Source: Chiloscyllium plagiosum (taxonomy: Eukaryota). From it: a stretch of DNA of 64,000 bases. Under the pieces are notes generated by a model. It did no database searches, was not told the DNA's origin, and saw only the letters and a list, made by a program, of their open reading frames with translations. This document shows positions 12,770 through 25,908 of this stretch, piece by piece. A program made the translations under genes and the position numbers. The stretch lies in contig NC_057725.1 in assembly GCF_004010195.1 (NCBI RefSeq), positions 32,949,947 to 33,013,946 of the forward strand. Direction: 5' to 3'. The first letter of the stretch is position 1, and the number at the start of each line of letters is the position of its first letter.

Positions 12770-13615
12770 ATGGTCATGGGTTACGTGGAAATTGTTCATA
12801 TTTCCCTTTGAGTCCATGCATATTGAATGGTACTGATTTCTAGACCAAGGGCTTTCATGTAATATAGCTGACCATAGTTCTGGGAAATCTCTGTACTTTG
12901 GAAATCATATCAAATGATAAAAGGTCATTGAAATGTGTAGGAACACATGAACACTGCATGCTCGAATAGCTGTCAGTGTTTGATGGCCATTGGTAGGGTG
13001 TCCCGGTTTTGGCAGAGTGTTCATTGAGTGACTAACGAGTTAGTCTGTCAAATGTAGATTTGGGAGCTGAATGTTGGATATTGGATGATGAGGGTATGGG
13101 AAATGGTGTGTTTGGGACGAAATGGCCTCTCTACATGAACTCAGTCACATGACTGCGATTGTGAAAGACTTTCCTGAACAGCATTCATTGTCTTGGAACA
13201 ACATTGTGACATTCACCTGCTCTGCTTCTATTGCCTCTAAAACACCTTTGTGAATACCACGTACTCCTCTCAGAGGACAGACCATTCATCCTTTTTACTT
13301 TCTCCATCTAGTTCTCAAACCCAACGCCTAGTAAAAAACTTGTGCATGCTACCTCAGACTTCTTAACCATTCATGAAAGGGTGAGAGCATATGTTTGTTT
13401 CACAAGTGATTGCACTAATTTGTGCAATGACAATGTAAGGCCACTAAAGGAGCTGGTGATTCTCTTTAAGTTTGCCCCTTGGAATATAAGGACCTGCTGC
13501 TGCCTGAAGACAATGAACAACATGCATGGATTTGAGAGCACATTGAAATCAAGAAATGTGGCAGGTGGGAATAATGTAAAGTACACCTCATTTGGAAAGG
13601 CACAGTTTAAACAGG

Positions 13616-13925
13616 TAGAACATGGAACATTGAACTGAGAACAGTACAGCACAGCATAGGCCCTTTGGCCCATGATGTTGCATCAAGCATTTATCTCAAC
13701 CTAAGATCAACCGAACAAACACCCTCCTTGCTTTGCTGGCATCCATTTGCTTGGCCAGCAGTCGTTTAAATGTTCCTAATGTCTCTGACTCTATTACCAC
13801 CACCGGCAGTGCATTCCACACACTCACCACTCTCTGCATAAAGATCCAACAGCTGAAATCAGCCCTATACCTTCCTCCAATCACTTTAAAATTATGACTC
13901 CTCGTGACAGCCATTTCTGCCCTTT
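13616..13925 (-). mobile_element. CR1 LINE 3' fragment
   Basis: Encodes TRSHNFKV...QRVVSVWNALPVVVIESETLGTFKRLL; GTTCTA-type tail. Confidence 0.85.
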
Positions 13926-14051
13926 GGCAATCGCAATACCAATTTATCAGGTCTTGAACAAATTTCATTATCAGAGTTATGCAATAGGTCAGGTCTCACA
14001 CACAGAAAATCACTTTTTAAATGCTCACATTTTTAAGTTGTAACAATTCAC

Positions 14052-14114
14052 CTTTCTCATTTGCATCATCCTGTGCAACAGTACCTTCAAGGTGTTCAGA
14101 TTCATTCTGTGATC
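14052..14114 (-). CDS. Repeat micro-exon, 63 nt (in-frame 18-nt deletion): (G)SQNESEHLEGTVAQDDANEK
   Basis: gatgcAG acceptor, GTGAAT donor, multiple of 3, no stop. Confidence 0.7.
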
Positions 14115-14994
14115 CTGCATCATCAGCATCAAAACATAAAGCAGATCATGTAAACCCAGCAGTGTTTGTGACTTGGAACTGCATTGGTTATACTTTTGTG
14201 TGATCATAAATTTCACACAAACCTTATTTGTTTTCAGTGCAGATGTCCCTATGGACAAATGATGCTACTTTTCAGATTAGTGCTGCATTAATGTTCTCTC
14301 AATTATTACAGAGCTGTTGCTCACTGTAAATATTACACCCTAGACTTCCGTTCATGCCTTCCATTTACCTGAGTCAACTATTGCATGAAGAATTTTACAA
14401 ATTGGTGATTGACTTGTGAATCATCATGAAGTGGTTAAATCATTGAATAAATCATGTAGTTGAATGTAAGGATAGATCACTGGTGTTCTCAGAAGGAAAT
14501 GCAAACAGTTCTTGAATTTGAGTCGGCAGATTTTTACCTTCGCCAAATAGTATTAACTGTAAACTGCATCTTTTTAAAAATGATGTTCTGGATCTTAGAC
14601 GATGAAATTTGTATGTGGAGTGACCACACAAAAATCTGACACAAAGGAATTGTGCTGAATAACGCACACAGGATTTGCAACAACAGTGCAAAGGACGAAA
14701 AGTGGAGATGCTTTCTGAAGGCTGTTTCAGTTTGAATATTCTGCAGAACAGGCACGAACTCCACCAGGTACAATGTGGTAAGGAAAGCTGCTTTGATACA
14801 ATGTAGAACCCAGCATTGCTGATGGCTGAAGCTGTCATTTCATAAGGAGACCAATCTGTCCCTATTTCGACTCCAGTGATCTTGATGGGTGGGCTAAAGT
14901 TCCCCTGAGTGCTGATGCTGTCGCAGACACATTGATGGTTTTTGCCATCAGGAACCAGGTCATTTGTTATGTGGAAATTTACATATTTCCCTTT

Positions 14995-17900
14995 ATAGAA
15001 CATAGAACAATACAGTGCAGAACAGATATTGCGCCGACTTGTGAACTATTCTCAGCTTGTCCCCCTACATTACCCCAAAATCATCCATGTGCTTATCTAA
15101 GGATTGATTAAATCTCCCTTTTGTGGCTGAGTTGACTACATTAGCAGGTAGGGCCTTTCACGCCCTTACCACTCTCTCTGCAAAGAACTTTCCTCTGACA
15201 TCTGTCTTAAATCTATGACTCCTCAATTTATAGTTATGCCCTCTTGTACAAGCTAATGTCATCATCCTAGGAAAACGTCTTTCACTGCCTACCCTATCTA
15301 ATCTCTGATCATCTTGTATGTCTCTATCAAATCCCCCCTGAGCCGCCTTCTTTCCAATGATAACAGACCCAAGTCTCTCAGCCTTTCCTCATAAGACCTT
15401 CCCTCCAGACCAGGCAACATACTGGTAAATCTTCTCTGCACCTTTTCCAATGCTTCCACATCCTTCCTATGATGGGGCGACCAGGACTGTACACAATATT
15501 CCAGGTGTGGCCGCACCAGCGTTTTGTATAGTTGCAGCATGACATTGCGGCTCTGGAACTCAATCCCTCTACCAATGAAACCTAACACACCGTATGCCTT
15601 CTTCACAGCACTATCCACCTGGGTGGCAACTTTCAGTGATCTATGCACATGGACTCCAAGATCCCTCCACACATCCACGCTACCAAGAATCTTTCCATTG
15701 ACCCAGTACTCTGCCTTCCTGTTATTCTTCCTAAAGTGCATCAACTCACAGTTAGCTGCATTGAACTCCATTTGCCATCTTTCCGCCCAATTCTGCACTT
15801 TATCCAAGTCCCCCCGCAACCTGTAACATTCTTCCAAACTGTCCACTACTCCACCGATTTTAGTGTCGTCTGCAAATTTACTAATCCATCCACCTATGCC
15901 TGCATCTAAGTCATTTATAAAAATGACAAACAGCAGTGGTCCCAAAACAGATCCTTGTGGCACACCACTAGTAACTGGACTCCAAACTGAATATTTTCCA
16001 TCAAACACCACTCGCTGCCTTCTTCCAGAAAGCCAGTTTCTAATCCAAACTGCTAAATCACCCTCAATTCCATGCCTCTGCATTTTCTCCATCAGCCTAC
16101 CATGTGGAACCTTATCAAAGGTTTACTGAAGTCCATGTATACCACGTCAACTGCCCTATCCTCATCTACATGGTTGGTCACCTTCTCAAAAGACTCAATG
16201 AGGTTTGTGAGACACGACCTGCCCTTGACGAAACCATGTTGACTATCTGAAATCAAATTGTTGCTTGCTAGATGATTATAAATCTTATCTCTTATAATCC
16301 TTTCCAAACCCTTTCCTACAACAGAAGTAAGGCTCACTGGTCTATAATTACCTGGGTCATCACTGCTGCCCTTCTTGAACAATAACACATTTGCAATCCT
16401 CCAGTCCTCAGGTACTAAACCTATAGATAATGACGATTCAAATATCAAAGCCAACGGCTCTGCTATCTGGTCCCTAGTTTCCCAGAGAATCCTCAGATAA
16501 ATCCCATCCGGCCCAGGGGACTTGTCTACTTTCAGTCCTTCTAGAGTTGATAACACCTGTGCGTAACTAACTCGATCCTTTCTAGTCTAATATCTTGTAC
16601 CTCATTCTTCTCCTCTACAATATTCTCCTTTTCCTGAATGAACACCGATGAGAAATGTTCATTTAGCACCTCTCCGATCACTATAGGCTCCATACTCAAC
16701 TTCCCACTTCTTTCTTTGACTGGCCCTATTCCTCCTCTCACCATCCTTTTATTCCTCACATGCCTATAGAAAGCTTTAGGGTTCTCCTTTATTCTATTTG
16801 TTAAAGACTGCTCATGTCTGCTCTTTGCTCTTCTTAACTCTCTCTTTAAATCCTTCCTAGCTGATCTGTAACTCTCCATCATCTCATCTGTACCATCTTG
16901 CCTCATTAACACATAAGCCTCCTTCTTCTTCTTAACTAGAGATGCAATTTCTGCAGTAAACCACGGTTTCCTTACCTTATCACTTCCTCCCTGCCTGACA
17001 GGGACATACCTATCAAGGACACGCAATATCTGTTCCTTAAACCAGCACCACATTTTGATTGTCTGTATCCCCTGCATTTTGCTACCCCATTCTATGCATC
17101 CTAATTCTTGCCTAATCGCATTATAAACGCCCTTGCCCAATCAATAACTCTTGACCTGTGGCATATACCTATCCCTTTCCATCGCTAATCTAAACGTAAC
17201 TGAAATATGGTGACTCTCTTCTAAGTCCTCACCTACAAATGAATCAAACACCTGGCCTGATACGTTGCCAAGCACCAGATCCAGTGTGGCCTCCCCTCTT
17301 GTCAGCCCTTCAATATCCTGTGTCAGGAAACCCTCCTGTATACATTGGATAAAAACTGATCCATCCGACGTACTACAGCTATAACATTTCCAGTCAATGT
17401 TGGGGAAGTTAAAGTCCCCCATAATGACCACCCTGTTCCTTTCACTCCTACTCAGAATAATTTTGCTAATCCTCTCTTCCACTTCCCTGGAACTCTGCGG
17501 AGGCCTATAAAAAACTCCAAGCAGTGTAACCTCTCCTGTCTTGTTTCTAACCTCAGCCCACACTACCTCAGTAGACGAGTCCTCAGCAAAAATTCTCTCA
17601 GCCACCGTTATATTATCTTTGACTAACAAGGCCACACCTCCCCCTCTTTTACCGCCTTGCCTGTTTTAATGAAAGATCTAAACCCTGGAACCTGCAACAT
17701 CCATTCTTCACCCTGCTCTATCCATGTCTCTGAAATGGCCAAAACATCGAAGTCCCAGATACCTATCCATGCTGCAAGCTCACCTACCTTATTTCAGATA
17801 CTTCTGGCATTGAAGTAAACACACTTCAAACCAGTTTGCCGTCTGCCAGCATATTCCTGTGACCCTGAAATCCTGTCCCTGTCCTTCCTACTCTCATCCT

Positions 17901-18380
17901 CCTGTGCACTGCAACTACACTTCCTGTTCCCATCACCCTTCTGAGCTAGTTTAAACCCACCTGAATAGCACTAGCAAATTTCCCACCCAGGATATTAGTA
18001 CCCCTCTGGTTCAAGTGCAGATCATTCTGTTTGCACAAGTCTCACCTTCTCCAGAATGAGCCCCAATTATCCAAAAACCTGAAACCCTCCCTCCTGCACC
18101 ATCCTTGCAGCCATGTGTTTAGCTGATATCTCTCCCTATTCCTTGCCTATCACGTGGCACGGGTAACAAACCAGAGATAACAACTCTGTTTGTTCCAGCT
18201 CTCAGCTTCCACCCTAGCTCCCTGAAATTCTGCCTTACATCCCTATCCCTCTTTCTACCTATGTCGTTGGTACATACATGGACAACGACTTGAGGCTGGT
18301 CACCCTCTCCCTTCAGGACCCCAAAGACACGATCCGTGACATCACGGACCCTGGCACCTGGGAGGCAACACACCAACCAT
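14995..18380 (-). mobile_element. CR1 LINE: 3' part of ORF1 (esterase-like), APE endonuclease and RT, frameshifted
   Basis: [10 protein letters not shown] and FADD (15298..16092), NYRPVSLTS (16092..16556), MGDFNFP (17141..17635), VCCLPGARVRDV...HVCTND (18119..18376), (GTTCTAT)n tail. Confidence 0.97.
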
Positions 18381-19180
18381 TTCTGTTTTTCAGCGGCAGC
18401 AACAACTTGAAGGGCGGGAGCTTGGACCAGGGGCCTGTGGGGAGGGGTGAGTCTCTGATTTGTGCTTTTAAATTTGAAGTCAGAGAGCAGAGATTTCTGG
18501 GAAAGGAGGGACTTCTTACATTTATTTCCATCCTGCTATATAAGTCAGTGTCTTCTCAACCCGAGTCCCTACCTTTGTAGAGTCTCCCACCCAACCACCT
18601 CCTCCAACCTTAAAGACCAGGGTCATATCAGATAAGTGTCTCTTTTTACTTCATGACTAGGGGACTAGCAGGGATGGCAGTGCAGGGAGAGCAATGTTCC
18701 TCCTGCATGATGTTTGAGGTCAGGGACACTATTAAGTGCCCCATCCAAGTACATCTGCAGGAAATGCACCCAACTCTCGCTCCTCCAAGACCATGTTAGG
18801 GAACTGGAGCGGGAGCTGGATGAACTTCGGATCATTCAGGAAGAAGAGGCTGTGATAGATAGGAGTGACAAGGAAGTAGTTACTCCTAAGCAAGAAGAAA
18901 GCTGGGTGACTGTTCGAAAGGGGAAAATACAGTCAGTGGAGGGATCCCCTGTGGTCGTTCCCCTGAAAAACATGTACACTGGTTTGGATACTGTTGAGGG
19001 GACGACTTAACAGGGGCAAGCAGTGGAGTCCAGGTCTCTGGCACAGAGCCCATCCCTGTTGCACAAAAGGGAAGGAGGGAAAGGAGGAGAGTGTTAGTCA
19101 TTGGGGACTCAATAGTTAGAGGCTCAGATAGAAGGTTTGTTGGGAATGAACGAGACTCGTGGTTGGTGTGTTGCCTCTCA
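18381..19180 (+). mobile_element. Inverted 5' segment of the same CR1 (5' UTR and ORF1 N-terminus)
   Basis: CSSCMM...CRKC zinc motif, coiled coil ELERELDEL, VIGDSIVRG; ends at the same VCCL codons where the minus piece begins. Confidence 0.88.
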
Positions 19181-20093
19181 TGAGTCCATGCATACTGAAT
19201 GGCAATGATTTCTAGACCAATACATTTTGTATTGCTGATCACAGCTCTGCGAAATCTCTGTGATTTGGGCAACCATATCAAATGATGAAAGGTCATTGAA
19301 AAGTGTAGAAACACTTGACACTGCATACATGAATAGCTGCCAATGTTTGAGGGCTTTATGTTGTTTGTGCAAGATTTCACACAGTGCTCAGTGAGTTATG
19401 AAGGAGATAATCAGACAAATTTGGATGGGAGTTGGATGATGGGGATCTGGTGAATGGTGTGCTTGGGACAAAGTGGCCAATCTACATGAACACAATCACA
19501 TCAACACCATGAGTGAGATTGTTAAAGATTTTCCTGAACAGCATTCGAGGTCTTGGAACGACATTGTGACCTTCACTTGCTCTGCTTCCATCAGCTTCTA
19601 AACACCTGTGCAGATACCACGTACTCCCCTCAGAAGGCAACACATCACTCCTTTATAATTTTTCCATCTGGATCTCAAACCCAATGCCTCATAAAAAGCT
19701 TGTGCATGCTGCCTCAGACTTTTTAACCATTCATGAAAGTCTCAGAGCAGATGTTTGTTTTACAAGAGATTGCACTAATTTGTGTAGTGACAATGGAATG
19801 CTACTAAAGGGGCTGGAGATTCTCTTGAAGTAACTTTTGCCCATTGGAATATAAGGATCTGCCGATGCCTGCCACCAAAGAACAACATGCCTGCCGTTGA
19901 GAGCACATTGAAATAAAGAAATGCGACAGGCGAGAATAATGTACAGTACACTTCATTTGCAAAGGCAACATGTACTGCCATCTCAAAACCACATCTTGTA
20001 CAAATTCCATTGTCAGAGTTATGGATTAGGTCAGGTCTTGCACCCAGATAATCACATTTTAATTGCTCACCTTTTTAAGTTGTAGCAACTCAC

Positions 20094-20174
20094 CTTCCTC
20101 TTTTGAGTCATCCTTTGCATTTTGTTGTGCATTCCCAACATGCGATTCAATTTGTTCAGAGGAACTCTGTGGTC
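20094..20174 (-). CDS. Repeat micro-exon, 81 nt: (G)PQSSSEQIESHVGNAQQNAKDDSKEE
   Basis: AG/GTGAGT boundaries, open frame. Confidence 0.75.
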
Positions 20175-21989
20175 CTGCATTATCATCTTCAAAATTTAAA
20201 ATAACCAGTGTAAACCCAGCAATGTTTGTGAGTAGAAACTGCATTGACAATACTTTTGTGTGATCATGAATTTCACACAAAACTTACTTGAGCTCAGTGC
20301 AGATGTCCCTATGGGCAAATGATGCTACTTTTCAGATTAGTGCTGCATTAATGTTCTCTCAATTATTACAGAGCTGTTGCTCACTGTAAATATTACACCC
20401 TAGACTTCTGTTCATGCCTTCCATTTACCTGAGTCAACTATTGCATGATGAACTCTATAACTCTGTGATTGAAATGGTCCTGGCATGTACTTGTGAAATG
20501 TTTTGAAGTGGTTAAATCATTGAATAAATCATTTAGTTGGCTGTAAGGGTTGATCAGTGGAGTTCTCAGAAGAAAATGCAATCAGTTCTTGAATTTGAGG
20601 TAGCAGATTTTTACCATACCCAAACACTGTTGACTATGACACTGCATCTTTTTAAAAATGATATTCTGGCATTTCCAAGATAGAATTTGCTCAAGGCCTA
20701 GAGTGGGGACAAAAATCTGACACATAGAAATTTTGCTGACTAATGTAAACAGGATTTGCAACAATAGTGTGGAGGACCAAACAGGGAGATGCTTTCTGAT
20801 GAGTGTTCCAGGCTGAAAATGGAGAACATGGAGGTGCTCCACAAACGTGGGTATGTAAACCTACTACGATGCAATATGGAACCCAGTGTTGCTGATGGCT
20901 GAAGCTGTCATTTCACAAGGAGAACAAACTATCCACAATTCAACTCCATTGATCTTGGTGTGCTTACGTTTCCCTGAGTGCTGATGCTGTCACAGCCATG
21001 AAGATGGTTTTTACTACCAGGAAACTGCTCATGTCTTACGTGGAAATTGTACATATTTTCCTTTGAGTCCATACATATTGAATGGCACTGATTTCTAAAC
21101 CAAGGGCTTTCATCTTGCACAGCTGATCACAGCTCTGAGATATCTCTGTACTTTGGGAAATCATATCCAATGCTGAAAGACATTGAAAGTGTAGAAACAC
21201 TTGAACACTGCATGCTTGAATAAGTGCTAGTGTTTGAGGGCTTTATGTTTTTTTGTCACAGTGCTCAGTCAGTGATGAAGGAGACAAACAGACAAATGTA
21301 GATTTGAAGACAGATTGTTACGAGTTGGATGATGGGCAAGTGTTGAATAGTGTGATTGGGACGAAATGGCCTCTCTACATGAACAAAATCACATCAACAT
21401 GAGTGAGATTGTTAAAGATTTTCCTGAACACCATTTATGGTCTTGGAATGACATTGCAACATTCACCCTGCTCTGCTTCCATCAGCTTCTAAACACCAGT
21501 GTAGATACCATGTGCTCCCCTCAGAGCACAGCACATCCCTCCCTTTTAATTTCTTCACTCGCACCCCTCGTGAAAACCTTAGCGCTTGCGACCTCAGAAT
21601 TTTTAATCATCCACAAAAGGTTCAGAGCACATGTTTGTTTCACAAGTGACTACACTAATTTGTGCAGTGACAATATAAGGCCACTAAAGGAGCTGGAGAT
21701 TCTCTTTAAGTACATTTTGCCCCTCGTAATATAAGGACCTACTGACGCACGCAGCTGATGAACAACACACATGTCATTGAGAGCACAGTGAAATCAAGTA
21801 ATGTGACAGGCGGGAACAATGTACAGTGCACCTCATTTGCAAAAGCAACATTTAAACATGTGCTGTCATCTCAATAAAATTTATCAGGTCTTGGAACAAA
21901 CTCCATTGTCAGAATTATGCATTAGGTCAGGTCTTTCACTGAGATGTGTACTTTTTAATTGCTTGCATTTTTAAATTGTAGCAACTCAC

Positions 21990-22070
21990 CTTTCTGTTTC
22001 GAGTCATCCTGTGCTTTTTGTTGTCCATTCCCAGAAGTGCCTTCACGTTGTTTAGATTCATTCTGTGATC
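21990..22070 (-). CDS. Repeat micro-exon, 81 nt: (G)SQNESKQREGTSGNGQQKAQDDSKQK
   Basis: AG/GTGAGT boundaries, open frame. Confidence 0.75.
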
Positions 22071-23917
22071 CTGCATCATCAGCATCAAAATATAAACAGA
22101 CAGTGTAAACCCAGTACTTTTCACAGGTTTGACATGCATTGTCAATGATTTTGTTGATCATGAATTTCACACAAACCTTTTTTGAGTTCAGTGCAGATGT
22201 CCCCATGGCCAAATGACGCTACTTTTCAGATTAGGGCTGCACTAATGTTCTCTCAATTATTGCAGAGCTATTGCTCACTGTGTATATTACACCCTAGTCT
22301 TTGGTTCATGCTATCCATTTAGCTGAGTCAACTATTATATGATGAATTCTATAACATGGTAATTGAAATGGTCCTGGCATGCACTTGTGAAATGTTTTGA
22401 AGTGGTTAAATCATTGAATAAATCATTTACTTTCATGTAAGAATAGATTAATAGAGTTCTCAGAAGAAAGTGCGATCAGTTCTTGAATTTGAGATGGCAG
22501 ATTTTTACCATACCCAAACTATGTTAACTAGGACACTGCATCTTTTTAAAAATGATGTTCTGGCATTTCCAAGATGTAATTTGCTCAAGACCGAGAGTCA
22601 GCTCTGAGCACACAAACATCTGACACCTAGAAATTTCACTAATGTAAACAGGATTTGCAACAATAGTGCAGAGGACCAAGCAGGGAGATGCTTTCTGATC
22701 AGTGTTCCAGGCTGAAAATTCTGGAGAACATGGAGGTCGTCCACTAATGTGGGTATGTCAACCTATTACGGTGCAATATAGGAACCAGTGTTGCTGATGA
22801 CCGAAGCTGTCATTTCACAAGGAGACCAATCTGACCACAATTCAACTCCATTGATCTTGGTGGGCTAATGTTCACCTGCGTGCTGACGCTGTTACAGCCA
22901 TGAAGATTGCTTTTACCATCAGGAGCCTGCTGACGGGTTATGTGGTAATTGTACATATTTTCCTTTGAGTCCATACATATTGAATGGCACTGATTTCTAA
23001 ACCAAGGGCATTCATCTTGCACAGCTGATCACAGCTCTGAGAAATATCTGTACTTTTGGAAATCATACCAAATTATGAAAGGTCATTGAAATGTGTAGAA
23101 ACACTTGACAACTGCATGCTTGAATAACTGCCAGTGTTCGAGAGCTTTATGTTGTTTGTGCAAGATTTGGCACAGTGCTCAGTGAATGATGAATGAGTGA
23201 TGAAGACAAATTTGGATTTGAAGACTGATTGTTGGGAGTTGGATGATGGGGATGTGGTGAATGGTGTGGTAGGGACAAAGTATCCTCTCTACATGAACAC
23301 AATCACATCAACAGCATGAGTGAGATTGTTAATGATTTTCCTGAACAGCATTCATGATCTTGGAACAACATTGCAACATTCACCTGCTCTGCTCCCATTG
23401 GCTCCTAAACATCAGTGTGGATACCACATGCTCCCCTCAGAGGGCAGCACATCCCTGCTTCTTACTTTCTCCATCTAGATCTTGAGCCCAATGCCCAGTG
23501 AAAAATTTAGTGCATGCTACCTAAGACTTCCAACCATTCATGGAAGTGTCATACCATATGTTTGTTTTACAAATGATTGCACTCTTTTGTGTAGTGACAG
23601 TGTAAGTCACTAAAGGAGCTGGAGATTCTCTTCAAATAACTTTTGCCTCTTGTCATATAAGGACCTGCTGATACAGGCAGCCAATGAACAACATGCATGC
23701 TGTTGAGAGCTCATTGAAATCAGGCAACATGGCAGTTGGGAATAATATACAGTACACTTCATTTGTAAGTGCAAAGTTGAAACATGTATTGTCAGCTAAT
23801 ACCAATTTAGCAAGTCTTGAATAAATTCCATTGTCAGAGATATGTATTATTAGGTCAGGTCTACCACCTAGATGATTACTTTTTAATTGCTTGCAATTTT
23901 AAATTGTAACAACTCAC

Positions 23918-23998
23918 CTTTCTCTTTCAAGACATCCTCTGGATTTTGTAGTCCATTCCCAAATGTGCCTTCAGGTTGTTTAGATTCATTCTGTGATC
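23918..23998 (-). CDS. Repeat micro-exon, 81 nt: (G)SQNESKQPEGTFGNGLQNPEDVLKEK
   Basis: AG/GTGAGT boundaries, open frame. Confidence 0.75.
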
Positions 23999-25827
23999 CT
24001 GCATCATCGTCATCAAGATATAAAGCAGACAGTGTAAACTCAGCAGAATCTGCGAGTATGAACTGCACTGACAATGCTTTTGTGTGATCTTGAATTTCAC
24101 ACAAACCTTACTTGAGTTCAGTGCAGCTGTCCCTATGGACAGATGATGCCACTTTCGTTCTCTTAATTATTGCAGAGCTGTTGCTCACTGTGTGTATTAC
24201 GCCCCAGTCTGTTGTTCCTGCCATCTGTTTACCTGAGTCAACTATTTTATGAAGAATTCTACAACTTGTTGATTGAAGTGGTCCTGGCATGCACTTGTGA
24301 AATGTCTGGAAGTGGTTAAATCATTGAATAAATCATTTAGTTTGGTGTAAGGATAGATCAGTGGAATTCACAGGAGAAAATGCAATCAGTTCTTGAATTT
24401 GAGATGGCAGATTTTTACCTTGCCCATATGGTGTCAACTGTGAATCAATGTCTTTTTAAAAATGATATATTGGCATTTCCAAATTGGAATTTGCTAAGGA
24501 CCTGGCATGTGGGGTGTGCACACAAAAATCTAACATACAGAAATTGTGCTGAGTAATGTACATAGGATTTGCAACAATACTGTGAAGGATGAAAAGTGGA
24601 GATGCTTTCTGAAGGCTGTTTCAGTTTGGATATATGGAGAACAGGGAGGGACTCCACCATGTACAATGTGCAAAGTAAATCTGCTTTGGTGCAATGTGTA
24701 GGACCCAGCGTTGCTGATGACTAAAGCTGTCATTTCACAAAGAAACCAACCTGTCCCCATTTGCCTTCATTGATCTTGTTCGGTTATGGTTCCCTGAGTG
24801 TTGATGCTGTCACAGTCACGAAGATGGCTTTTGCCATCAGGAACCTGGTCATGGGTTACGTGGCAATTGTACATATTTCCCTTTGAGTCTATACATATTG
24901 AATGGCACTGATTTCTAAACTAAGGGCTTTTAACTCCCATAGCGGACCACAGCTCTGGGAAATCTCTGTACTTTGGGAAATCATGTCAAAGGATGAAAGG
25001 TCATTGAAATGTGTAGAAACACTTGAACACTGCATGCTTGAATACCTGTCAGTGTTTGAGGGCCATTGGTAGTGTGTGCTGCTTTTAGCACAGTGTTCTG
25101 TGTGTGACTAAGGAGTTAATCAGACAAGTTTAGATTTGAGGACTGATTGTTGGGTATTGGATGATCCAGGTATGGTAAATGGTGTGGTTTGGATGAAATG
25201 GCCTCTCTACATGAACACAGTCACATCAACATCTTTAGTGCGATTGTTCAAACTTTTCCTGAACAGCATTCATAGTCTTGGAATGACATTGCAAAATTCA
25301 CCTACTCTGCTACCATTGGCTCCTAAACACCTGTGTAGATACCCCATGCTCCTCTCAGAGGGCAGATAATTCATCCTTTTTAACTTTCTCCTTCTTGTTG
25401 TCAAACCCAATGTCTCGTAAAATCTTATGCACGCTACCTCAGACTTTTTAAACCATTGATGGATGTGTCAGAACACATGTTTGTTTTACAAGTGATTGCA
25501 CTAATTTGTGTAGTGACAATGTAAGGCCACTTAAGGGGCTGGAGATTCTCTTGAAGTGACTTTTGCCCATTGGAATATGAGGACCTGCCGATGCCTGCCA
25601 CCAATGAACAACATGAATGCCGTTGAGAGCACATTGAAATCAAGAAATGCAACGGGCAGGAATAATGTACAGTACACCTCACTTGCAAAGGCAACATTTA
25701 AACATGTACTACCATCTCAAAACCACGGCTTGAACAAATTTCATTTTCAGAGTTATCGATCAGGTCAGGTTTTGCACCCAAATAATCACGTTTTAATTGC
25801 TCACATTTTTAAGTAGTTGCAACTCAC

Positions 25828-25908
25828 CTTCCTCTTTTGAGTCATCCTTTGCATTTTGTTGTGCATTTCCAACAGTGGCTTCAGGTTGTTCAGAGAAACT
25901 CTGTGGTC
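25828..25908 (-). CDS. Repeat micro-exon, 81 nt: (G/R)PQSFSEQPEATVGNAQQNAKDDSKEE
   Basis: AG/GTGAGT boundaries, open frame. Confidence 0.75.

Noticed and set aside
1654-15003. Recurring longer minus-strand ORFs in the unit (GFYIAPKQVYLPRCTWW...KLKQPSESISTFRPLH, up to 183 aa) as a tandem gene family
   Set aside because: Frameshifted, stopped or deleted in many units, no recognisable domain, Cys/His/Trp-rich composition typical of non-coding frames; recurrence follows from DNA duplication.
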